A DNA stretch of 64,000 bases, taken from assembly GCF_009914755.1 (NCBI RefSeq), contig NC_060926.1. One strand, 5' to 3'. Source of the stretch: the human T2T-CHM13v2.0 reference genome, Homo sapiens. Below, one piece after another: positions 53,805 through 64,000 of the stretch. Under the pieces are notes generated by a model. That model did no database searches, was not told the origin of the DNA, and saw only the letters and a program-made list of their open reading frames with translations. The position numbers were made by a program, and so were the translations under genes. The first letter of the stretch is position 1; every line of letters starts with the position of its first letter.

Positions 53805-53945
53805 CAATTGTGAAAGGAGAAATGGACCAAGAATCAAGAAATGTAAAACCTTATCACTACTTTGCCACTAAAGAGTATTACATTGGGCTAATTGTTTTAC
53901 TTCCGGGGTCTCAGTTTCCATAAATATAAAATAAAATATTAGATG
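53805..53945 (+). mobile_element. MIR relic
   Basis: ggaccaagaatcaagaaa...ctttgccacta...ggggtctcagtttccataaatataaaat. Confidence 0.55.
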
Positions 53946-54785
53946 GCATGCATTCAATCATTAATGAAAAAAACTGAGAACTTTCTAGACTTCTATATAG
54001 GCAATTGGGATTCAAGAATAAACAGATTAATGCACAGAATTTATAACCCAACTTCTCTTGCAGCATAAATGGCATTTATTTATGTGCTATAAATCATTAC
54101 AACATAATACTTAGGCAGTTTAATATTGGGAATTATATGCCCCATACCTATTAATATAAGTTGTCTAGTGTTTCAAATTAAAGTTTCTATGATGAAAAAA
54201 AATCAGAACTTAGTTTTAAAATAATACCTGGAACACTGATAAACAGCTGATGAAGATGAAGAATTTTAAAATGCAATTTTATTGTGAAAAAAAAACAAAA
54301 CGTTATTAGTAGGTCAAAATCTAGAGTTAAAAAAACAATTATATAAAATTGGTTTATTAAATTAATGTCTTATGGACAGGACTACCAAACCACTTTGGAT
54401 AGTAGATGCTAAATGTTTTTATGGAATTTCTAGTTTATAAGACAAAGTTTGAAACAAAGAGAAACACTCATTCTAAAAAAAAATGTTGATCTGAAATTTT
54501 TGCTGTTGTTTTCTTTATTTCAACTGCTGGTATAGCGCAAACCATAATTGCACCTAGATGTCAGACAAGGAGAAAATAATATAATGAGGTTTCTAAATAT
54601 TTAAACACTTTTTAAAATGTGGAAATTTGCCTCTATCAAAGCAACTTTTACTTTGTTCTCTCTTTCTCTCTCTCTTCTTCCCACTCAGCTTGCCATTTCC
54701 CTTCTTTGAGCTGTTCCATTATTTTTTTCAAAATATATTATTATTTTATGTATTTATTTTGTCATACATCCTCCCTTCTAAATAA

Positions 54786-55153
<368 letters not shown>

Positions 55154-55681
55154 CAATTTTTTTCTTAGATATTATTTATTCATATTCCTGGTCTGAGACC
55201 TCACAAAACCCTACTACCAACAAGGAATAGGCCATTTACTCCTTCTTTGTAAAGTCCTAAAGAATTATTTTGGGATGTCCATCATTTGTCCTACCCCATT
55301 CTTGAGAGTTCAGTCTTCACTCACCTTCATTTCACCTTCCAATTGTCACTATTGGCTGTCCTGCCTCCAAGACATCATCAAGATTTGATAGCTCACACTC
55401 TAATGAAATAATCCATCAGTTCCATTTCATAACCCTAAAGAGTCTGTTCCCAAACTTTCAAACAAAGAGTTTTCTTATTAATGTCTCTAGAGTTGACCTG
55501 GGTATAGTTTGGACAATTCACCAGTATTTACTAAACACAGACACTGGTTGAGAAAAAAACTTGTTACTCTTGCTAAAGTTCTGTTTCTCAGAGGCCCTTT
55601 CTCTTAGGAACAACTGATGTATTATTCTCCAGCTTTGGAAACTACCTTCCCATACATTCTACAGTTTGTCTTTTATTGCTC

Positions 55682-56235
55682 TGTATTAGTCAAGATTCGT
55701 TCAGTTGCAAGTGAGAGATCCAAATTCAGCCATGTTAAACCATAGGAAAGGAAAAAAGTCTTGCCTACATAACCAAAAGTCCAAGGACAAACTATCTTCA
55801 GATTCAGTTCGATCAAATTATGTCATCATGTTACCTGCTCTCTCTTTTCCTCCTTCTTAATTTCTCAGCCCTGCATCCTGTATGTGTTGATCTCATTATG
55901 TGCTTTTCTGTTACATAGACTGGATTTATTCATTATAACAGTTTTAACACAATTTTCTACAAACTTAAAATCCAAAGGTTAGTCTTTTTTATTTCCAGCA
56001 GAAATTTGAAGACAGGAAGTCTCCCTTGGGGTGATGCCTCTTAAAAATGCAGGAAGATGTGGTATTATCTGTGGCCTAGTCTACATAACACACACATCCT
56101 TATAATGGTAGGGGTAGAAGGGATAAGAGATTATGTTATAGAACTTTGACTGAAATTCCTACCAAAATTTTATGTAATGGAAAAGGTATTTCCAAATGAA
56201 GATGGGAAAGAATCCTGAGCAGACAAAAATTGTAT
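55682..56235 (-). mobile_element. Old MaLR LTR (MLT1L/M/N-like)
   Basis: tgtattagtcaagattcgttcagttgcaagtgagagatccaaattcagcc...cctacataaccaaaagtccaagg. Confidence 0.6.
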
Positions 56236-56986
56236 TTAGAGTAGTCCAATCTACATAAACTCCTCCAAAATAATACAATTTGGGAGGTAGCTTTATAAAC
56301 TTTAGAACAACTGTGCTATTATAGATATCAGAAGATTCTAGAAAACTAGTTAAACTCCAACAAATAGAAAATGCCTATGGGTATAGACCGAATAATTTAA
56401 CTAATTGATTTTTTACGTGTCAATATTTTTCCTAGATCTTTAAAATTAGGCTGCAGTTATCAAATTTTTTTCATATCACATGTAGTTAAAATAAGTTCAC
56501 ATTTATTAGTGAATCAAAAGTTGGGAATTTCAATGACTTTTATATTCTTTCCCAATATTCACTTTTCCTCTTTTAGCACTTAAATTTTTCTTCTGGAAAC
56601 ACTTTTAGCTGATTCTTAGTCTAAAACCATAAGTTATAACAGTATCTGCTAAAGATGTCCCCATTCACTAAGAATGAACTGTAGAGCCCTTAAAATAACC
56701 TTCAAGACTTGCCTAGAGAACTGTGTCCAGGTGCCTCTCTGACCTCATGCTCTCTCACTCTAATCCACCAGCTCTGCTCCCGCCATGCTATGTCCCCATC
56801 CCAGCCCCTTGCAGGTGCTCAAATACCCCATCTCAAGCACATTCCCATCTCAAGGCCCTTGAACTTACTGTCTCTTCATTCTGGGACACTCTTATGTTCA
56901 TAACCACATGGCTCACTCCCTCACATGACTGAGGTATTTGTTCAAATATCTCCTTTTCAGGGAGGACTATATTAACCATTCTATCT

Positions 56987-57023
56987 AAAACAAACAAACA
57001 AACAAACAAACAAACAAACAAAC
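56987..57023 (+). repeat. (AAAC)n microsatellite
   Basis: About 9 tandem aaac units. Confidence 0.9.
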
Positions 57024-57090
57024 GGATGGATGGACAAACCCTCTTATCCCATTAGCCTCCCTAATTTTTAAAAATGTGCTAAGCATTTAT

Positions 57091-57617
57091 TTTTTAAATT
57101 GACATAATAACTGTACCTATTTATGGAGTACAAAGTGGTATTTCAATATGTGTGTACAATGTATAATGATCAAACCTGGGTAGTTAGCATATCCATCACC
57201 TCAAACATTTATGATATTTTTTCCATTTTGGAAACATTGAAAATCTTCTATTTGAAAATATACAATAAATTATTGTGAACTATAGTCACCCTCCAGTATT
57301 ATAAAACACTAGAACACATTACTCCTATCTAGCTGGATTTCTGTATTTATTAACCAACTTCTTCCTGTCTCCACTCCTCCCTATCTTTCTAAGCCTCTAG
57401 TGAGCACTATTCTACTCTCTACCTCTATGTGATAAAACATTTAGCTTCCATATATAAGTGAGGCCATGAGGTATTTATTTGTTGACAGTATCTGTTGACA
57501 GATACTTAGCTTGATTCTATATCTTGTCTATTTTGAATAGTGCTGCAATAAGATAGCTTTTTGACAGACTAATTTTCTTCCCTTTGGATATATACCTAGT
57601 AGTGGAATTTTTTTACA
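57091..57617 (-). mobile_element. L1MA (MA4-MA7-like) 3' end with internal deletions
   Basis: ttgacataataactgtacctatttatggagtacaaagtg...atccatcacctcaaacattt...tatatacctagtagtggaatt. Candidate TSD agcatttatt / agcaattatt. Confidence 0.8.
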
Positions 57618-57936
57618 GCAATTATTACCACCCAACACAGTTGGTGTTTGTTTATTTTCTTTCCTTCCCCACTGGCATGTGGTGTAATTGACAAGAAAGA
57701 CTGATTTGCACATGTCTATATTTCAGCACCCAGGACAGTGCCCAACATATTGTTGGTGCACAATAAATAGATGTTAAATACATTCTTGAAAGGAGAATGA
57801 ATGAATGAATGAACAGTTCTGTCACTCAGATCCAAATATTGACTCATGATCTAGACCTAGCCTGTCAGAGTCTCATATTGCATGGCCACAGTGATGCTTT
57901 AAGTGTAGCCATGAGACCTATATCAAACACATATGT

Positions 57937-58291
57937 TGATATGGTTTGGCTCTGTGCCCCCACCCAAATCTCAACTTGAATAGTAATAATCCCACATGTC
58001 AAGGGCAGAACTAGGTGGAGATAATTGAATCATGAGGGTGATTTCCAACATGCTGTTCTTGTGATAGCGAATGAGTTCTCACGAGATCTGATGATTTTAT
58101 AAGGTGTTTTCTCCTTCACTCAGCACTCATTCTCTCTCCTGCCACCCTGTGAAGAAGGCCCTTCTGCCATGATTGTAAGTTTCCTGAGGCCTCCCTAGCC
58201 ATGTGGAACTGTGAGTGAATTAAGCTTTTTTTCTTTATAAATTACTCAGTCTTGGGCATTTCTTCAAGCAGCATGAGAATAGACTAATACA
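57937..58291 (+). mobile_element. THE1C/D MaLR solo LTR
   Basis: tgatatggtttggct...cccacccaaatctca...gactaataca, with perfect 5-bp TSD tatgt (57932-57936 / 58292-58296). Confidence 0.95.
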
Positions 58292-59639
58292 TATGTACTC
58301 ACAGTAAATCTGTGACACTACAGACAAATAACAATATAAATTAAAACAATGAAGCCCATAAAGAGGGTCAGCCTGAGCATCAACCCAACACATATGAAGG
58401 CACAGCTAAGACATGGAGCCTCATGACTCTAATAACTACCCATGATCATCCCACTTTCTTTTCTCATGCTAGTTGGAGCTTGTAGTTTTTCCCTGAAATT
58501 AAAATATTTTGAAAATTCTTTAAATTTCTTTCCAAAAGATAACTAGTAACTGCACTGTAATCAATAATTGATGAGCATATCAATTTTTAGTACTAGAATT
58601 TGCTATATTTTTTAAATGTTCATCATTCAGAAAATGGTACCATATTACTGTGTTTGAATTCTAGTCATGTTTGCATGACTTATTTAGTCATATCAATTAT
58701 CTGTCTTATCTATTGAGTCATTAGCATTGATTTGAGAATTTGAATGCACCCTCTGTATAAAATTACTGTCATCAGTCCATCAATTATGATTGTAGCCAAT
58801 GTTTTTCTCCATATTTTAATGGCTCTAGAGAATTTCAGAACTGGAAGAATCTAAGAATCAAGTCATATCCACTTATTTTATAATTTAGGATCCTGAGATA
58901 CAAAGAAATGTAATAATATATAAATAGTAAATAAAACAGCATACATGGTTCACCTTACATAAGCCTTGTCCCTTCCTTAATTAAAATATTTAAATATTTA
59001 CATAAATAGAAATGCAGCTGTGATATTGAAACCAAATCAGTTTAGCGTCAGTGGTGACTAAAGATTTCATAGCAGGTGCAGCCCTTAAATTTGTCTTGTC
59101 TCACATTCCAAATGATGCAACAAGTGCAATATCCCCAACCATATTCAATTGCTAGAGCCTAATACAAGTGAATGCAAATACCTAATGTGAAAGGTCAAGA
59201 TTACTGTTAAGAAATCAGCAGCATAACTACTGTTAACACATTTTCACTTACATAACAGTAATTGCATTTAATCATAATAGATATAAGGCTTGACTTATTA
59301 ATTTTGGTTAATTTGGTTTGGTGTTTAAAATGTGACCTGGCCTTTCTCCATAGCATCTATTCACTAAGACCTTTCAGCTGCAGGATTATATCACAGGTCC
59401 AAAAGAGTACTCAGAAACAGAGGTTGTAAATTACTAACCCAGTGTACATAAGTTTGGAGCATCAAATAGAATCTTATTTAATTTACTTACAAAATCTGTT
59501 TTAGAAAAACAACCAAACACTGGGAGAGAAATCTTAGGGCACTGAATAATTTTATGTGTGGTTGTAGTATCTTAATAGGTTGTAAGACCTTCTTTAGGGA
59601 GGTTAGATAACATCTTGTGTGTGTAGTTTATGAGCTAGA

Positions 59640-59765
59640 CATACATTAACCTACTCAATCCTGGTAACAGGTCTATGAGACAAGTACAATCATTACCTCT
59701 GTTGTACGGATATAAAACTGAGGTCAACAGAGGATTCGAAAAATTGCTCAAGGTTACTTATTCAC
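59640..59765 (-). mobile_element. MIR relic
   Basis: aatcctggtaacaggtctatgagacaagtac...aaaactgaggtcaacagagg...ttgctcaaggttac. Confidence 0.65.
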
Positions 59766-59793
59766 TGAACTCCCCAGAATTATTACAGATTGA

Positions 59794-60110
<317 letters not shown>

Positions 60111-60164
60111 GACTAAGCAGTCTTAATACGATCGAATATGCTATATTGCACTTGAAATCATTGT

Positions 60165-61200
<1,036 letters not shown>

Positions 61201-61379
61201 CAGGGGTACTTTTGAAGAGAAAAAAATAAATGCTAAGATCCTCCTCCTTAAATTGCTATTTGTAAAGATATCCCTTTAGAATGTTCATAGCTCTCCCCAT
61301 GGGGAATAAATGAAGGAGACATAGAAGCTAATAATGGGTTCGGTGCTTTCCTGTGCACTCTCATAATGCTCCTCTTTAC

Positions 61380-61540
61380 CCTTCTGCATGTATCACATTG
61401 TACAGTATGTTAGTTGCCCTTTTTACTTGCTTACCTAGTCCAAAAACGTATCAACATTTTAAGAGCAAGAGCTGAGTCTTCACAACCTCCAGGTCTTCTT
61501 CCCAGCACATAGTAAGTGCTTAAAAAACATGTGTTACATA
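61380..61540 (+). mobile_element. L2 3' end relic
   Basis: aagagcaagagctgagtctt...cccagcacatagtaagtgcttaaaaaacatgtgtt. Confidence 0.6.
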
Positions 61541-62190
61541 CTTACAATAGCTCCAGCAATCACTCAACATATGTGCCCAAGTTTCCCAGGGTAGACTTCC
61601 TGAAAGTTCTTGTTCTTCATTCCACCTCACCCCACTCCAAATGCCTTTCACATTCAGGAGGGATGCAAAGCTAGGATACAAACCATGCAGCGAATGCATT
61701 CACTAGTTGTCTATTATTATAGTTGATAGCATATGGAGGTACATTTTAACACCTTTAGTACTGGGAAGAGGGTTGCTGAAGAGTAGTGAGACTGGGTAGT
61801 TTAATTTTATTCTTTATGCAAGCATCAATAATATTTTCTTTCACTATTTTTTGTGGTTATATTTGAATATGCTTCTTTCTGTGGTTATATTTGAATCTAA
61901 ATTTGTTATTGAAGAAATACAAGAAGAAACTGTAGCTTTCAAGCTCCATCAATTAGCAAGAGTTTCCTCCTAGAAATTCCAACCCTTTTCCCTTCAGGGT
62001 TTGATTTTATACTCTTTTCAACAATCCATATAGAACACTGCCTGCTCTTATAGTACATCTTTATGGATTAGTAATTTTCAATTTATGCAGTCGTTATCCT
62101 ATTAGTATGAGCATACTGTAATTAGGAATTATATGTTTTAGTTTTGAATCCTCACTGCTAAGCACAGGGTTAGAAACAAGGTGATTATTC

Positions 62191-62551
62191 TGGAAGGAAC
62201 GGAGGAAGGAAGGAAGGAAGGAAGGGATGGAGGGAGGGAAGGAGGGAGGCAGAGAGAGAGAGAGAAAGGAAGAAAAGAAAGAGAGAGAAAGAAAGAAAGA
62301 AAAAGAAAGAAAGAGAGAGAAAGAAAGAGAGAGAGAGAGGGAGGGAGGGGGAGGGAGGGAGGGAGAGAGAGAGGGAGGGAGGGAGGGAGGGAGGGCGAGA
62401 GGAAGGAGGGGAAGAGGGAGAAGGGGAAGAGGGAAGAGGGGAAGAGGAAGAAAGGAAGGAAAGGGAAAAAGGAAGGAAAGAAGGAAAGAAGGAATGAAGG
62501 GAGAGAGAGGGAGGGAGGGAGAAAATAGGAGAGGGAAAAAGGAAGGGAAGA
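62191..62551 (+). repeat. GA-rich polypurine low-complexity tract (about 360 bp)
   Basis: Blocks of GGAA, GAAA, GA and GGGA units with very few pyrimidines. Confidence 0.95.
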
Positions 62552-62756
62552 ACGCAGTTCTTAGATCCTTCTATCACTACCAGGTCCTGAAAATAATGCT
62601 TGTCCCGCATCTTTTCAAATATGAGGGTTTCTCAGGTACTCAAAAACCTGAAAATACCAGAAATATCCATAATTACTTACTATTTTTTTTGTGGGCAGCT
62701 ACATTTCTTTATACAGAGACAAATGGAAGTAAACTTTAAAAAATACAATCAGTCTA

Positions 62757-63030
62757 TTTATGGGGTACAGTGTGATGTTTTGATATCTGTATATACTGCC
62801 AAAAGATTAAATCAAGCTAATTTACCTATTTATCACCTCAGCTACTTACCATTTTTTGTGGTGAGAACATTAAAAATCTATTTTTTTTTAGCAATTTTGA
62901 AATATAGAATACATTATTACTAACTGTGGTCACCATACGGTGCAATAGATCACTAAAAGGTTTTCCTCCAGATCACACTGTACCCATAAATACAAGCAAT
63001 TACTTTTTTAATTAAAAATACATTAATTTT
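62757..63030 (+). mobile_element. L1MA8-like 3' end with 5' inversion
   Basis: Inverted part 62755-62971; forward terminal part 62972-63030. TSD aaaaatacaatcagtcta (62739-62756) / aaaaatactgtcagtcta (63031-63048). Confidence 0.8.
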
Positions 63031-63339
63031 AAAAATACTGTCAGTCTACTTCCATTTCATTTCTTATGGCTTTTCCCAACGTCATATTCTTTGAGACCTG
63101 GATCCTATTGTACAATATCGGTCTGCCATGCTTATAATGTCACTAATTATGTTAGTTCAATGCAAGGAATCCTGTTTACAGGAAATATATTGAATTTTTT
63201 TTTATATTACATTAAGTATTGTCAAGAATATATGCAATACATATAGAAAAAATATGGGTAATTTTCTTCTTTCCAAAAGATTGCTATATACTCAGGAAAA
63301 CAAGACTAGCTTACATGAAATATTGTAATAAACAATATA

Positions 63340-63520
63340 AGTGTGGTGTATAGTTAATTACTTAATGTATGATTTGCAAGATATTTTGTGCTTATTTGGA
63401 TGGGTGATAGTCCATTAGAGACAGGCTTTTACATGGTTTTGCAAGTAGGACCTCTGGCAAGTTATGTAATCTGTTTTTCAGTTCTTTCATCAGTTAAATG
63501 GGAAATATACTCAAGAAACA
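63340..63520 (+). mobile_element. MIR relic
   Basis: gacctctggcaagttatgtaatctgtttttcagttctttcatcagttaaatggg. Confidence 0.55.
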
Positions 63521-63576
63521 TAAATTATCATTGTAATTCTTGTTATTGTTGTTGCTGTTGTCATTATCATCACCAG

Positions 63577-64000
63577 TGTGACAGATGACAGGTGGCTACC
63601 AATGATTCACACATCTTGTTATTTATGGCCTTATATACAGCCCTCCTCTTGATAGTTGGCTGTATCCACTGGCATGCTTCTACTGAAAAATATATGGGAA
63701 AATTGATAGAATATGATGGGATACACAAGACTATAACTTCTATGTGGCCAGCATGTTCTCCCTTACTTTCATTCTCTCTTGCCCTCTCACTTGCCTTGCT
63801 TTGAAGAAACCAGTTGCCAGGCTGTGAAATGCTCTATGGTGAGGTTCAGTTGCCAAGGAACTGATGTAATCCTCTGATGAAAGATTAAGAGGAGGTAAAT
63901 TCTGCAAATGAGTATGTTGAGTGAGCTTGGAAGCAGATCCTCCCCAGTCAAGTCTTTAGATGAGATGGCAGCTCTGGTTGATACTTTTGTTACAACCTGT
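63577..64000 (+). mobile_element. MLT1F-like MaLR LTR (runs off the window)
   Basis: ggctaccaatgattcacacatcttgttatttatggcctt...gagtgagcttggaagcagatcctccccagtcaagtctttagatgag. Confidence 0.8.

Larger units (their letters stand above)
56650..57815 (+). mobile_element. L2a 3' region interrupted by (AAAC)n and an L1MA
   Basis: ctcaaggcccttgaacttactgtctcttcattctgggacactctt...ggctcactccctcac...gacagtgcccaacatattgttggtgcacaataaata...gaatgaatgaatgaa. Confidence 0.8.

Noticed and set aside
62181-62739. Longest ORFs in the track (115-170 aa, E/G/R/K-rich or S/L/P/F-rich)
   Set aside because: They are translations of the GA-rich low-complexity tract, which lacks stop codons by composition.

Overview
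This is human genomic DNA: it carries a near-consensus AluYa5, a subfamily that expanded in the human lineage. The window is AT-rich and dense in interspersed repeats, and I found no protein-coding exon, RNA gene or CpG island, so it looks intergenic or deep intronic. The recognisable ORF-track hits are decayed L1 ORF1/ORF2, Alu, LTR or low-complexity sequence; the rest look like chance ORFs. Main contents are a near full-length L1MA2-like element (17.6-23.9 kb), two internally deleted L1MA5-like elements in opposite orientation, three 5'-inverted (twin-primed) short L1s, six Alus and a FAM monomer. There are also ERVL/MaLR solo LTRs (MLT2A2, THE1, several MLT1), Tigger3b, Tigger2a, Arthur1 and MER5 DNA transposons, and many L2/MIR relics. 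I see no new gene system. The most unusual signal is a recurring set of locally templated repair scars. These include two inverted duplications copied from about 0.95 kb away (179 bp with 2 mismatches; about 63 bp), an inverted segment inside a Tigger2a, and microhomology/snap-back patches at L1 deletion junctions. Repeat subfamily names come from recalled consensus sequences and need Dfam/RepeatMasker confirmation; boundaries of old elements are approximate.
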